Under the pieces are notes generated by a model. That model had not been told where the DNA came from. It saw only the letters and a program-made list of their open reading frames with translations, and made no database searches. The translations under genes and the position numbers were made by a program. From a bacterium (GTDB lineage Bacteria; Actinomycetota; Acidimicrobiia; Spongiisociales; JAENVV01), in assembly GCA_024641305.1 (NCBI GenBank), contig JAHEDI010000009.1, positions 32,174 through 96,173 of the forward strand: a stretch of 64,000 bases of DNA, given 5' to 3'. Below, piece by piece: positions 9,296 through 20,153 of this stretch. Within the stretch, counting starts at the first letter, position 1. Every line of letters begins with the position of its first letter.

Positions 9296-11263
9296 ATGCT
9301 TACTGACTATTCGCACCTCACGCCATCTGCGACCATCGAAATCGCCGACGTTGCCATCTCTACAGCGAACCATCTCATTGACACGGTCGTTTCGGAAACC
9401 TCAGAACGAACCTACGCCAACACCCTCGCACCCCTCGATCAGGCTCTCAACCTCGTCCGCGATGCCGATGGGGTCAGTGCCTTCATGGCGCGAATCCATC
9501 CTGACGAGTCGGTTCGGGGCGCTGGTTCCGAGGCGGACGAAACAATCCAGAAGTGGTTATCCAACCTCGCATTTAACCACGACCTGTACGAAGCGGTTCG
9601 GGATTATTCGCAGAGCGCGGCCGCTTTGGAACTCGACGGCGAATGGGAAAGGAACCTCGACTTCTGGCTCCGGGACTTCCGGCGGGCCGGCCAGGAACTC
9701 GCACCCAAAGACCGCGAAAAGCTCCAGGCTCTCCGAAATGACCTCATCGAACTGCACGTCGCCTACGAGCGGAACCTGGATGAGTGGGACGACGGACTCG
9801 AGGTTTCTCGAGACGACCTTGGCGGCATGTCCGAGCCCTACCTTGCACGCCTGGCCCCCGGGTCAGCCGAAGGAACGTACCGGGTCACCGTTTCCTATCC
9901 CGATTACGTCCCCCTGATGGAGCAATGTACAAATCGGGATCTTCGACAGAAAATGCAGTTCAAATTCATGAACCGAGCAGCCGACGCCAATCTGCCGTTG
10001 CTCAACAGGGCCGTCCAGGTGCGGTGGGATATTGCCCACCTGCTCGGCTACGAGACGTTCGTCGACCTGGCTCTTGAGCCAAAGATGGCCGACCCTGACT
10101 CTCTGGCTGCCTTCTATGACTCTTTGATACCCGGACTGTTAGCTCTCGGTCAGGATGAGCTGAACGTTCTCACCGGCCTCATGAGTTCCGAGTACCCCGA
10201 TCAGATGCTCATGCCTTGGGACTGGACCTTCTATGACGCCAGACAAGCCGAACTCGACTTCGGTGTCGACAACAACCTGGTCAGTGAGTACTTCGCCCTC
10301 GGGGCGACAGTTCAAGGCATGCTCGACATCTGCGCAGAAGTGTTCGGTATCGAATTCGCGCCGATCGAAGAAACCAAAGCCTGGGACGACGACGTTCTTC
10401 TGTTCGAGATTCGCAACGCAGGCGAAGAGGCAGCGATCGCCTACTTCTACGCCGACCTGCATCCCCGTCCCGGAAAGTACGGTCATGCGGCGTGTTGGCG
10501 TCTGCGGGCGGGTTGTCTCGCTACAGACGGAACCTATCGGTTGCCTGTCTCGGCAATTGCCTGCAACTTCACCAAGCCCACCGCTGATAGCCCTTCGCTC
10601 CTTCAGCACAGCGAAGTCGAGACGCTATTCCACGAGTTCGGTCACGTTCTTCACAACACGCTCACCGAGACCAAACTTCCCCGTTTTTCGGGCACCCAGA
10701 CGGAACGTGATTTCGTCGAGGCACCGTCTCAGATCATGGAGAACTGGACCTGGGAGCCGACCGTGCTCAGCCGATTTGCCCGCCACTATCGGACCGGCGA
10801 GCTGATTCCTGAAGAGCTGCTGGCGAGCCTGGTCGAGGCCAGAAACCAGAACATTGCGTTGAAGACGCTCCGACAAGTTTTCTTTGGTCAATACGACCTG
10901 GCGTTACACGGCGGGGCGGCTCCGACGGACGCCGCCGAGGCCTACTGGGATAACATCGGCCTGACCGTCGTTCCCGGACATCCCGGAACCCATTTCGGAG
11001 CGAGCTTCGGACACATGATGTCCGACGGCTACGCCGCCGGCTACTACGGCTACCTGTGGTCGAAGATTTACGGCGACGATATGTTCTCCGTGTTCGTAGA
11101 CCAGGGAGTTCTCAATCCGGGCGTTGGCCGGCGGTATCGCAACACCATCCTGGCTCAGGGCGGTACAAAAGACGGGACGGAGCTGCTGGTCGAATTCCTC
11201 GGGAGGCCGCCTTCATCACAAGCGTTCATGGCCAAACTTGGTTTGAAAGAAACCTTGCCCTAA
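9296..11263 (+). CDS. M3 family Zn oligopeptidase (thimet oligopeptidase/oligopeptidase A-like)
   Basis: FHEFGH zinc motif, RDFVEAPSQIMENW, DLHPRPGKYGHA, YAAGYYGYLWS. Confidence 0.93.
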   Translation: MLTDYSHLTPSATIEIADVAISTANHLIDTVVSETSERTYANTLAPLDQALNLVRDADGVSAFMARIHPDESVRGAGSEADETIQKWLSNLAFNHDLYEAVRDYSQSAAALELDGEWERNLDFWLRDFRRAGQELAPKDREKLQALRNDLIELHVAYERNLDEWDDGLEVSRDDLGGMSEPYLARLAPGSAEGTYRVTVSYPDYVPLMEQCTNRDLRQKMQFKFMNRAADANLPLLNRAVQVRWDIAHLLGYETFVDLALEPKMADPDSLAAFYDSLIPGLLALGQDELNVLTGLMSSEYPDQMLMPWDWTFYDARQAELDFGVDNNLVSEYFALGATVQGMLDICAEVFGIEFAPIEETKAWDDDVLLFEIRNAGEEAAIAYFYADLHPRPGKYGHAACWRLRAGCLATDGTYRLPVSAIACNFTKPTADSPSLLQHSEVETLFHEFGHVLHNTLTETKLPRFSGTQTERDFVEAPSQIMENWTWEPTVLSRFARHYRTGELIPEELLASLVEARNQNIALKTLRQVFFGQYDLALHGGAAPTDAAEAYWDNIGLTVVPGHPGTHFGASFGHMMSDGYAAGYYGYLWSKIYGDDMFSVFVDQGVLNPGVGRRYRNTILAQGGTKDGTELLVEFLGRPPSSQAFMAKLGLKETLP

Positions 11264-11351
11264 CCCAGAACTTAACTCTCCGTTCAGTGTCAGTATTTGT
11301 GGTCACTCCAGTGAGGGGTGACTTCGCGTGCCTTCACCAGGAGAGACCCAC

Positions 11352-12194
11352 ATGTCCGATCCCGATATCAAGGTCCTGTCGACACCGGATCCCTTTCCAG
11401 CAACGGTATCCGAAACACCCAGCCAGCCGCGAGTTCTTCGTCGGTTCGTCAGGCGGGTCTGGCGTCTTATAAAGATTTTTCTGGTCCTCGCCTTCCTCAC
11501 CGGAATCGGCCTCGCCATCTACTACGGCTGGCCAATCGTGCAAGACCGGTATCTCAACCCGATCGCTGCGAATTCAGCAGCTGCTCAAACGGCGGCCGAA
11601 CGTCTTGACTCGGCAGACGCCCGCCTCACCGAGTTGGAAACGCAGGTCGCCACCCTGAACGACTCTGAAGCAGGCATGCCCGAGCGTCTCGCCGCCATCG
11701 AGTCGGCCCAGCAGGACTTTGACGCTCGGGTCGGATCGTTGACCACCCAGATATCGGACCACAGCGCTCGCCTGGACGACCTTGACACCATCCAGGGCGA
11801 ACTGTCGACAGGTCTTGAAACCGCCAACGCCGAGACAGTTCGCCAGGTCGATCTATTACGGTCGATGGAGTTGCTGTCACGGGCACGCCTGTTCCTCTTC
11901 CAGGCCAACTATGGGCTGGCAAAAGCCGATGTACAGACCGCCCGTGTCATCCTTGATGGCATCCAGAAGGGCTATCCCGAATGGGAGCCGGCAGTCGTCG
12001 CCGAGGTCTTGTTCCGGGTCGACAAAACGCTGGGGGCTCTGCCTCTACTGCCGGTACCGGCCTCCAACGATCTCGACATCGCTTGGCAAGTCTTGCTTAC
12101 CCAGGTCGTAATGGGCCCGCCGCCGGTCGATTTGACGCCATCAACAGATGTCCCAACCAGCACTACGACCACGACAGTGGGTACGGGCGGCTAG
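11352..12194 (+). CDS. Membrane-anchored coiled-coil protein of unknown function
   Basis: Basic patch plus one TM helix (IFLVLAFLTGIGLAIYYGW), long heptad region, helical C-domain and Thr-rich tail. GGAG RBS before the ATG at 11352. Confidence 0.75.
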   Translation: MSDPDIKVLSTPDPFPATVSETPSQPRVLRRFVRRVWRLIKIFLVLAFLTGIGLAIYYGWPIVQDRYLNPIAANSAAAQTAAERLDSADARLTELETQVATLNDSEAGMPERLAAIESAQQDFDARVGSLTTQISDHSARLDDLDTIQGELSTGLETANAETVRQVDLLRSMELLSRARLFLFQANYGLAKADVQTARVILDGIQKGYPEWEPAVVAEVLFRVDKTLGALPLLPVPASNDLDIAWQVLLTQVVMGPPPVDLTPSTDVPTSTTTTTVGTGG

Positions 12195-13072
12195 GCAGAA
12201 CCAGAGTCACCAGGCAGACCCACGCCGAGATCGCTGCTCTGCACGATTCGATCCCTCCCTGCCCGCTTGGCCTCATACATCAGCCGATCCGCTGCAGCCA
12301 GCAGGCCCGCGAGAGTCGTGTGAGGACTCTCTGCACTGACTACCCCCATCGAGAACGTGGCCGGCCACGAGTTCGACTGCATTCTGGCATTCAAGACGCC
12401 ACGACTCTTTTCAAGCGCCGCCACCGCCGCCTGTGAATCGGTTTCGGGCATAAGCACCGCGAACTCATCACCGCCGAGCCGGGCGATGATGTCGGTCGAT
12501 CGAAGCGTCGAGATCAGCGTGGCGGCGACTTCAGACAGGAGTTCATCGCCAGCCTGGTGACCCAACCGATCATTTACCTGCTTGAAGTGGTCGATGTCGA
12601 TGAACGCAAGCGACATCGGGCGAGTGTATCGGACGGCTCGCTCAACTTCCCGGCCAGCGAACTCTTCGAACGCCCGGCGATTCTGGACACCTGTCAAGGG
12701 GTCGACCCTCGAGAGATCTCGTTCCCGGTCCAGGTTGTCATGAAGGCGGGCGAACAGGATCGCGAAGAGCGCGAAGTACCCGAGTCGCACCGAGGCGTTC
12801 CAGTATGGGATCAAGGGCTGGGAGTAAGTATGGCCTGCCGCGTAATCGGCCCATAGCCATATGACGGACGCAAAGACGGCGATGGACAGTGCAGATCGCC
12901 GACCAAGGGTCCACGACACCAGCGTGATCGGCATCAAATAGAAGATCGAGAACGAAAATTCTGAACCAGTCCAAACGTCGGCCGCTCCCAGAACCACCGT
13001 AAGGAGCAACGCCTCAACCAGGATCAACATGCGTGATTGTCCGGCGACACTGCGCACAATTGCGGTAAGCAT
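12191..13072 (-). CDS. Membrane-bound diguanylate cyclase (GGDEF)
   Basis: About 4 TM helices, then DPLTG, DIDHFKQVND, RSTD I-site five residues before GGDEF, and ADRLMYEAK. GAAGAGG RBS before the ATG at 13072. Confidence 0.92.
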   Translation of the reverse strand: MLTAIVRSVAGQSRMLILVEALLLTVVLGAADVWTGSEFSFSIFYLMPITLVSWTLGRRSALSIAVFASVIWLWADYAAGHTYSQPLIPYWNASVRLGYFALFAILFARLHDNLDRERDLSRVDPLTGVQNRRAFEEFAGREVERAVRYTRPMSLAFIDIDHFKQVNDRLGHQAGDELLSEVAATLISTLRSTDIIARLGGDEFAVLMPETDSQAAVAALEKSRGVLNARMQSNSWPATFSMGVVSAESPHTTLAGLLAAADRLMYEAKRAGRDRIVQSSDLGVGLPGDSGSA

Positions 13073-13385
13073 CCTCTTCGATCTCACCGACGGGATCATA
13101 GGCCCAGTCGTAGGCCGAACACGGTCTTGTGTAGAGCCAGCATTAAGGAGCGATGACTCCATACCGGGCATATGCCCGAATCCCCCGACACAAACCCGCC
13201 GAATCCTGGATGTCGCCCGTCATCGGCCCGCTACGATTCCTGCAAATATCCGCCGAGAAACCGAACGAGGCTGGCAGCTCGGCGCCTTCCCTGTCGGGTA
13301 ATTTGGCTTACACATATTCCCGTCCGGTACAACATCCGTCCCCGCGATCAGAGACGGTCAATTCTCTGCCATAAGGAGCCAGCAC

Positions 13386-14648
13386 ATGTCCACCCACCTC
13401 TCTCCCCTACTCACCCAATCCACCAATGTGCTGGCAGTCAGGGGAGCCGGAAGCCACCTGTTCGACGAATCCGGGCGCTCATACCTCGACTTCACGTCGG
13501 GTATCGGGGTCACCTCGACCGGACACTGTCATCCCAAGGTGGTCGAGGCCGTTCGACACCAGGTCGGGCAGCTCATCCACGGCCAGGTAACGACCGTCAT
13601 GCACCCGCGGCTTCTGGAGCTGACGGAGCGAATTGGAGCCCACTTACCTCACCCTATCGACTCCATGTTCTTCGCCAACGCCGGCACCGAAGCGGTTGAA
13701 GCCGCCGTCCGGCTGGTTCGCCAGGCGACGGGGCGCACCAACCTCATCGTGTTCCAGGGCTCGTTCCACGGTCGCACTACTGCCGCACTGGCGATGACCA
13801 CCTCGAAGACGACCTACCGCGCCGGTCTTCAGCCGCTCATGTCCGGAGTCTTTGTCGCCCCCTTCCCTTCAAAATTCCGGTATGGATGGTCTGAGGACCA
13901 AACCACCGAATTCTGTCTTCGAGAATTCGACCATCTCTTGGCCACCCAAACCTCTCCTGCGGAAACGGCTGGCGTATTCATCGAACCTGTACTGGGGGAG
14001 GGCGGCTATGTGCCGGTGACCGCAGGGTTCCTTGAGGGAATAGCTGAACGCTGCCGGCAGCACGGCATCATCTTTGTCGCCGACGAGGTACAAAGCGGTT
14101 TCGGGCGCACCGGCAAGTTCTGGGCATATGAACACGGCGACGCCACCCCAGACCTCATAATCATGGCGAAGGGAATCGCGTCCGGGTTCCCGCTGTCGGC
14201 GATCGCGGCATCTACCGAGCTGATGAGCAAAGGCTGGCCGGGCTCCCAAGGTGGTACCTACGGCGGGAACGCCGTCGCCGCCGCCGCGGCTATCGCCACG
14301 CTCGATGTCATCGAACAGGAGGGGCTCGTGGAACGATCAGCCTCCCTGGGTGTCGTCCTTACGGGACTTCTCAAGGAATTGGCTAGCGAACACCCGTATC
14401 GCATCGGCGACGTGCGCGGACCCGGCCTCATGGTTGCCACCGAGTTTGTTGATGACTTCGGGAACCCTGACCCGGCCACGGCGAAGGCGGTTCTGAAGGC
14501 TGCCGAAGCCGAGGGGCTCCTCCTGCTCGGTTGCGGTGCCTACGGAAACATCATCCGGTGGATCCCACCGCTGATCGTCACGGAGGCCGAAATCGCCGAG
14601 GGAGTCGACATGTTCCGACGAGCATTGAAGCGAGTACTTTCGGAGTGA
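13386..14648 (+). CDS. Class III aminotransferase, 4-aminobutyrate aminotransferase (GabT/PuuE)-like
   Basis: YLDFTSGIGV, SFHGRT, IEPVLGEGGY, DEVQSGFGRTG, MAKGIASG (PLP Lys) and GGTYGGN motifs; heads the polyamine operon. Confidence 0.88.
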   Translation: MSTHLSPLLTQSTNVLAVRGAGSHLFDESGRSYLDFTSGIGVTSTGHCHPKVVEAVRHQVGQLIHGQVTTVMHPRLLELTERIGAHLPHPIDSMFFANAGTEAVEAAVRLVRQATGRTNLIVFQGSFHGRTTAALAMTTSKTTYRAGLQPLMSGVFVAPFPSKFRYGWSEDQTTEFCLREFDHLLATQTSPAETAGVFIEPVLGEGGYVPVTAGFLEGIAERCRQHGIIFVADEVQSGFGRTGKFWAYEHGDATPDLIIMAKGIASGFPLSAIAASTELMSKGWPGSQGGTYGGNAVAAAAAIATLDVIEQEGLVERSASLGVVLTGLLKELASEHPYRIGDVRGPGLMVATEFVDDFGNPDPATAKAVLKAAEAEGLLLLGCGAYGNIIRWIPPLIVTEAEIAEGVDMFRRALKRVLSE

Positions 14649-15646
14649 GCGTCGCCGTCGAGTTCAACCAGGTTTCCAAGGCGTTCGGCACGGTAAAGGC
14701 GGCCGACAGTGTCAACCTCATCATCGAAGATGGCGAGTTCTTTTCGATGTTAGGCCCATCGGGGTCAGGCAAAACGACCTGTCTCCGGCTCGTTGCCGGA
14801 TTCGAGACGCCCGACTCAGGGCACATCTTGCTGCACGGCGTTGACGTATCATCGCTTCCCCCACACGCCAGAGACGTCAACACCGTGTTCCAGGACTACG
14901 CCCTTTTTCCTCACATGTCGGTTGCCGAGAATGTCGAATACGGGCTCAAAGTTAAAGGCGTCGCCCCGGCCGAACGGCGTACCAAGGTCGCCGACGCCTT
15001 GGCTCTGGTTCACCTCGACTCACATGCAGAACGCCGACCGTCCCAACTGTCCGGCGGCCAACGTCAGCGGGTCGCCCTGGCCAGAGCCCTGATCAACGAA
15101 CCCTCGGTCCTACTACTTGACGAACCACTCGGCGCCCTCGATCTCAAACTGCGCCAGACGATGCAGACCGAACTGAAAAACATCCAACGCCAGGTCGGGA
15201 TCACGTTCATTTTCGTTACGCACGATCAAGAGGAGGCGCTGACGATGAGCGATCGCATCGCCGTATTCAACAACGGCCAGATCGAACAGATCGGCACCCC
15301 GAGCGAAATCTATGAGAGTCCCCGCAACCTCTTCGTCGCAGAGTTTGTCGGTACTTCGAATGTCTTCGATTCCGGCCTGGCCGAACAGCTGCTCGGGTCC
15401 CGGGATCGCTTCACCGTCCGACCAGAGAAGATCAGGCTCGGAGTCGCCGGCGAATGTACTGTCACCGGCACCATCACTGATCTTGTCTACCTGGGCATGT
15501 ACACCCGTTACCGGATCGACGTCCAGGGTATCCAACTGACCGTCGCAGAACAGAACACCGAATCAAGACTTGCCATGTCGTCGCACGCGGTGGGCGACGA
15601 AGTCCAGGCAAGTTGGAGCAAAGAGTCTTGTCGACTCCTGGCGTGA
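14645..15646 (+). CDS. Polyamine ABC transporter ATP-binding subunit (PotA/YdcT-like)
   Basis: GPSGSGKT, LSGGQRQR, LLLDEPLGALD and C-terminal TOBE. GTGA overlap with the upstream stop. Confidence 0.92.
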   Translation: MSVAVEFNQVSKAFGTVKAADSVNLIIEDGEFFSMLGPSGSGKTTCLRLVAGFETPDSGHILLHGVDVSSLPPHARDVNTVFQDYALFPHMSVAENVEYGLKVKGVAPAERRTKVADALALVHLDSHAERRPSQLSGGQRQRVALARALINEPSVLLLDEPLGALDLKLRQTMQTELKNIQRQVGITFIFVTHDQEEALTMSDRIAVFNNGQIEQIGTPSEIYESPRNLFVAEFVGTSNVFDSGLAEQLLGSRDRFTVRPEKIRLGVAGECTVTGTITDLVYLGMYTRYRIDVQGIQLTVAEQNTESRLAMSSHAVGDEVQASWSKESCRLLA

Positions 15647-15689
15647 AGCCAATGACGCAAGACGCAACAGTAAAAAACGAGAGGAGAGA

Positions 15690-16874
15690 ATGACCATGCA
15701 TAAACGTGGTATTTCGATGGCCATTGTTACGGCAATCGTATTAGCAGCTTGCGGAGGTGGCGGAGAGGCCGACCAGGCGGGCCCCATCACCAAGGTGGGA
15801 GATGGCGAGGGAACGGTAGTTATTGTCGCCTGGGCAGGATATATCGAGGACGGCACAACTGATCCCGCCTATGACTGGGTCACCGGGTTCGAGGAATCTA
15901 CCGGTTGTCAGGTCGAGGTGAAGACGGCCGGGACGTCGGACGAAATGGTCGCCCTCATGACCGAGTCAAAGGACTTCGACCTCGTGACCGCGTCTGGCGA
16001 TGCCAGCTTGCGGCTTATCGCTGGTGGAACGGTCCAGGAAGTCAATACGGATCTGATCCCGAGCTGGAACACCGTCGATTCCCGACTCCAAGAGGCGCCC
16101 TGGCACTTTGTCGATGGCAAACATTATGGAACCCCGTACCAATGGGGAGCGAACGTGCTGATGTACAACACTGACGTCTTCGGAACCGACGCACCGACTT
16201 CCTGGAACGTCGTGTTTGAGGAAACCACGCTCCCCGATGGGGCGTCGAACGCCGGACGGGTTCAGGCCTATGACGGACCCATCTATGTTGCGGATGCAGC
16301 GTTGTATCTCAAGACTGCTCGACCAGACCTGGGCATAACCGACCCCTATCAGCTGAACGAAGAACAGTACCAAGCATCGCTTGAACTATTGCGCGCACAG
16401 CGCAAGCTGGTTGGCCGCTACTGGCACGATGCCTTTGTCCAGATCGAGGACTTCACAAACGAGGGAGTGGCGGCATCATCGTCATGGCCATTCCAGGTGA
16501 ACATTCTGGCGTTCGATGGGCAACCGATCGCATCCACGATCCCCGTCGAGGGCGCGACTGGCTGGGCAGACACGACCATGATGCACAAGGATGCCCCACA
16601 TCCCAACTGCGCATACAAGTGGCTTGACTGGTCCCTGAACCCGGCCCTCCAGGGTGATCTAGCGGCCTGGTTCGGTTCGGTGCCGTCGGTGCCGTCGGCG
16701 TGTGACGGCAACGACCTGCTGGGAGCGGACGGTTGCAAGACCAACGGAATCGAGAACTTCGATCAGATCTCGTTCTGGAAGACCCCCACCGAGGACTGCA
16801 ACGGAACTGGCACCGACTGCGTGCCATATCGCCGCTGGGTTACCGACTATCTGGCCGTGATCGGCGGGCGCTAG
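15690..16874 (+). CDS. Polyamine ABC transporter substrate-binding lipoprotein (YdcS/PotD-like)
   Basis: Lipobox LAAC, WAGYIE, TASGDASLRLI, PYQWGANVL, EGATGWADT. GAGGAG RBS. Confidence 0.9.
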   Translation: MTMHKRGISMAIVTAIVLAACGGGGEADQAGPITKVGDGEGTVVIVAWAGYIEDGTTDPAYDWVTGFEESTGCQVEVKTAGTSDEMVALMTESKDFDLVTASGDASLRLIAGGTVQEVNTDLIPSWNTVDSRLQEAPWHFVDGKHYGTPYQWGANVLMYNTDVFGTDAPTSWNVVFEETTLPDGASNAGRVQAYDGPIYVADAALYLKTARPDLGITDPYQLNEEQYQASLELLRAQRKLVGRYWHDAFVQIEDFTNEGVAASSSWPFQVNILAFDGQPIASTIPVEGATGWADTTMMHKDAPHPNCAYKWLDWSLNPALQGDLAAWFGSVPSVPSACDGNDLLGADGCKTNGIENFDQISFWKTPTEDCNGTGTDCVPYRRWVTDYLAVIGGR

Positions 16875-16889
16875 ACAAAGATCGGGGTC

Positions 16890-16919
16890 GGGTGGGGAAG
16901 GCTTCGGCCTTCCCCACCC
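16890..16919 (+). terminator. 13-bp perfect stem-loop with UUCG loop after the SBP gene (attenuator or mRNA-stabilising element)
   Basis: GGGTGGGGAAGGC-TTCG-GCCTTCCCCACCC, no U-tract, located between the SBP and first permease genes. Confidence 0.75.
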
Positions 16920-16923
16920 CCTC

Positions 16924-17850
16924 ATGCCGTTCAGGGAATTTTCATTGATACGACGCCTCAGCACCTACTTCTACACCAGACGCCGACTGCGCTTGGCGTT
17001 GTTACTGGCGTTGCCGGTTGGATGGCTCGTGGTCGTTTACGGCGGGAGCCTCGGGTCGCTGTTGCTGAACAGTTTCTTCCGAATCGACTCATTCTCTGGC
17101 ACGATCGATCGCACGCCCACCCTTGAGACCTGGCGGCAAGTGTTCACCGACGCCAACATGGCTGTCGCCGGTCGCACGATTGGGATGGCCACTGCGGTAA
17201 CCATCGCTTCGGTACTCATTGGATTTCCGCTCGCCTACCGCATCGCCCGATTCACATCAGGCAGGGCCAAAACCGCTCTGGTACTGGCGGTGCTCATCCC
17301 GCTCTGGTCGTCATATCTGGTACGGGTGTACGCCTGGAAACTGCTGCTGGCGAGTGAGGGGGTCGCCGCATGGTTCTTCAATGTCTTCGGCGCCAGTTCG
17401 GTGCTCGGTTGGATCCTGAGTCTCCCGCTCATCGGTGGACCGTCACTATCGACGTCGTCGCTCGGGCAATTCCTGGTCTTCACGTATATCTGGTTGCCCT
17501 ACATGGTCTTGCCAATGCAGGCAGCCGTCGAGCGGCTACCCGAGTCGCTGCTTGAGGCATCCGCAGACTTGGGCGCTTCACCGGCTACCACCTTTCGCCG
17601 CATCACCTGGCCGCTGATCCTTCCTGGGGTAGCTGCCGGCTCGATCTTTACTTTTTCACTCACCCTGGGCGACTACATCATCCCGACCATCATCGGGAAC
17701 TCAAGTCCGTTCATTGGCCTAGCGATCTACAGCCAGCAGGGGGTGGCCGGGAACCTGCCTCTGGCCGCTGCTCTGGCGATTATCCCGGTTGTGGTTATGG
17801 GCTTGTATCTGACGGGCGCCCGCAAGCTCGGCGCGTTCGAGGCATTGTGA
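16924..17850 (+). CDS. Polyamine ABC transporter permease (PotB/YdcU-like)
   Basis: Multiple TM helices and the EAA loop [10 protein letters not shown]. Confidence 0.9.
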   Translation: MPFREFSLIRRLSTYFYTRRRLRLALLLALPVGWLVVVYGGSLGSLLLNSFFRIDSFSGTIDRTPTLETWRQVFTDANMAVAGRTIGMATAVTIASVLIGFPLAYRIARFTSGRAKTALVLAVLIPLWSSYLVRVYAWKLLLASEGVAAWFFNVFGASSVLGWILSLPLIGGPSLSTSSLGQFLVFTYIWLPYMVLPMQAAVERLPESLLEASADLGASPATTFRRITWPLILPGVAAGSIFTFSLTLGDYIIPTIIGNSSPFIGLAIYSQQGVAGNLPLAAALAIIPVVVMGLYLTGARKLGAFEAL

Positions 17851-18635
17851 AGGCCCGGGCTCCCCGATCATTGACCGTGCTGGCCACGGCCGGGCTGATG
17901 TACCTTCATATACCGATTCTCTTCGTCTTTCTGTACGCGTTCACCACTGAAGACGCCGCATTCACCTTCCCACCTCCGGGTCTGACCATGAGATGGTTTG
18001 GCGTAGCTGCCCAGAATGACGATATCCGTCAAGCGCTTGGCCTATCCCTCATGGTGGCCGCGGTCGCCACCACGACCGCACTCATTCTCGGAACCTTGGC
18101 AGCAGGTGCTGTTTGGCGCACGAAGTTCTTTGGCAGAGATACGCTGTCCCTCTTCATCGTGCTTCCGATTGCGCTGCCGGGAATCATCACCGGCATTGCG
18201 CTACGGTCGGCGATCAGCCTCACCGGAGTCAGCTTCTCTTTCTGGACGCTTGTCATCGGCCACGCCACGTTCTGTGTGGCGGTGGCCTACAACAACGTCA
18301 TCGCCCGAATGCGACGGCTCAACCCGAATCTGCTGGAGGCATCAGCAGACCTGGGTGCCAGCGGATGGCAAACGTTTCGCTACGTGCTGATGCCCCAACT
18401 CGGTTCAGCGATCATCACCGGCGGAATGCTGGCATTTGCGCTAAGTTTCGACGAAATTATCGTGACGACGTTCACGGCCGGGAACCAGCAGACCCTCCCC
18501 ATCTGGATCTTTTCGTCACTCGTGCGGCCACGCAACCGTCCAGTGACCAACGTTGTTGCGTTGTTGGTGATCGCCATTACCTTCGTCCCGATCATCCTTT
18601 CTCAACGGTTCGCCGCGCGGACCGAGAACCAGTGA
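17847..18635 (+). CDS. Polyamine ABC transporter permease (PotC/YdcV-like)
   Basis: EAA loop [16 protein letters not shown] and [12 protein letters not shown] overlap. Confidence 0.9.
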   Translation: MKARAPRSLTVLATAGLMYLHIPILFVFLYAFTTEDAAFTFPPPGLTMRWFGVAAQNDDIRQALGLSLMVAAVATTTALILGTLAAGAVWRTKFFGRDTLSLFIVLPIALPGIITGIALRSAISLTGVSFSFWTLVIGHATFCVAVAYNNVIARMRRLNPNLLEASADLGASGWQTFRYVLMPQLGSAIITGGMLAFALSFDEIIVTTFTAGNQQTLPIWIFSSLVRPRNRPVTNVVALLVIAITFVPIILSQRFAARTENQ

Positions 18636-18665
18636 CCATCGACAAGCAAACCTGAGGAGAACACC

Positions 18666-20093
18666 ATGCAAACCTTCATGAATTTCGTCAACGGTGCCTA
18701 CGTCGAGGCAGCCGATGGTCGCACCTCGGCGGTTATAAATCCTGCCACTGGCAGTCAGTATGCAACCGCACCGTTGTCGGGTCCTGCTGACATCGACCGT
18801 GCCATGCGCGCCGCCCAGTCAGCCTTCGAGGGGTGGCGGGAAGCCACCCCTTCCGATCGGTCTCTCGCACTGCTTCGTATCGCCGACGCCGTCGAAGCGA
18901 GAGCCGACGAGTTGGTCGCCCTCGAAGTTGAAAACACCGGCAAGCCCCGGTCAATGACGATGGCCGAAGAGATCCCGCCGATGGTCGATCAGATCCGTTT
19001 TTTTGCCGGCGCCGCTCGTCATCTGGAGGGCAAGGCGGCCGGTGAATATATGAGCAGAATGACCTCATTCGTTCGCCGGGAACCGATCGGCGTCTGCGCT
19101 CAAGTTGCGCCATGGAACTACCCGATGATGATGGCCGTCTGGAAGTTTGCTCCGGCCATCGCAGCTGGCAACGCCGTCGTTCTCAAGCCGAGCGACACCA
19201 CCCCGGCCTCAACAACACTATTGGCAGAGATCGCCGCAGAATTTCTGCCTGATGGCGTGTTGAACGTCGTCTGCGGTGATCGCGACACGGGACGGGCGAT
19301 GGTCGTCCACGACATTCCCGCCATGGTTTCCGTGACGGGTTCGGTTCGGGCGGGCATGGAAGTTGCCGAGTCGGCATCCCATTCTCTCAAAAAAGTGCAT
19401 CTGGAATTGGGCGGTAAGGCGCCGGTGGTGGTCTTCGACGACGCCGATCTCGAAGCCACGGCCGAGGGAATCGCCGGAGCCGGATATTTCAACGCCGGCC
19501 AGGACTGCACGGCGGCCACAAGAGTCCTGGCGAGTCCCGGAATCTACGATGAGCTCATCGCCGCCTTGGCTGACCAGGCCGCGGCGACCAAGACCGGCGG
19601 ACCCGACGACGAGGACGCCGCTTTCGGGCCCGTCAATAACGCCAACCAGTTCGCCAGGGTCACTGGATTTGTGGACCGAACTCCGAACCACGCCCGGGTT
19701 GTGGCAGGAGGATCCGGCCTGGGTGGCAGCGGCTACTTCTATCACCCCACGGTCATCGCCGATCTGCGTCAGGACGACGAGATGATCCAAAACGAAATCT
19801 TCGGTCCTGTCATTACCGTTCAACGTTTCTCAGACGAGGACGAGGCGGTCGCCTGGGCCAACGGGGTCGAATATGGTCTGGCGTCGAGCGTCTGGACGAC
19901 CAACTTCGGACGGGCCATGCGGATGGCCAAGCGCCTCGACTTCGGATGCGTGTGGATCAACACGCACATTCCGCTGGTCGCTGAGATGCCTCATGGCGGA
20001 TACAAACGATCCGGGTATGGCAAAGATTTGTCCTCCTACTCGTTCGAGGACTACACCCGAATCAAGCACGTTATGGCCAACCTCGACAGTTGA
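18666..20093 (+). CDS. patD: Gamma-aminobutyraldehyde dehydrogenase
   Basis: APWNYP, LKPSDTTP, VTGSVRAG, LELGGKAP, FNAGQDCTAATR (catalytic Cys) and EIFGPV; YdcW/PatD-type context. Confidence 0.85.
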   Translation: MQTFMNFVNGAYVEAADGRTSAVINPATGSQYATAPLSGPADIDRAMRAAQSAFEGWREATPSDRSLALLRIADAVEARADELVALEVENTGKPRSMTMAEEIPPMVDQIRFFAGAARHLEGKAAGEYMSRMTSFVRREPIGVCAQVAPWNYPMMMAVWKFAPAIAAGNAVVLKPSDTTPASTTLLAEIAAEFLPDGVLNVVCGDRDTGRAMVVHDIPAMVSVTGSVRAGMEVAESASHSLKKVHLELGGKAPVVVFDDADLEATAEGIAGAGYFNAGQDCTAATRVLASPGIYDELIAALADQAAATKTGGPDDEDAAFGPVNNANQFARVTGFVDRTPNHARVVAGGSGLGGSGYFYHPTVIADLRQDDEMIQNEIFGPVITVQRFSDEDEAVAWANGVEYGLASSVWTTNFGRAMRMAKRLDFGCVWINTHIPLVAEMPHGGYKRSGYGKDLSSYSFEDYTRIKHVMANLDS

Positions 20094-20153
20094 CAATTCG
20101 TCGAGACGGGCCGAAGGCGTTTGACTAATGTCGCGAACGATACATGGAGGCGT

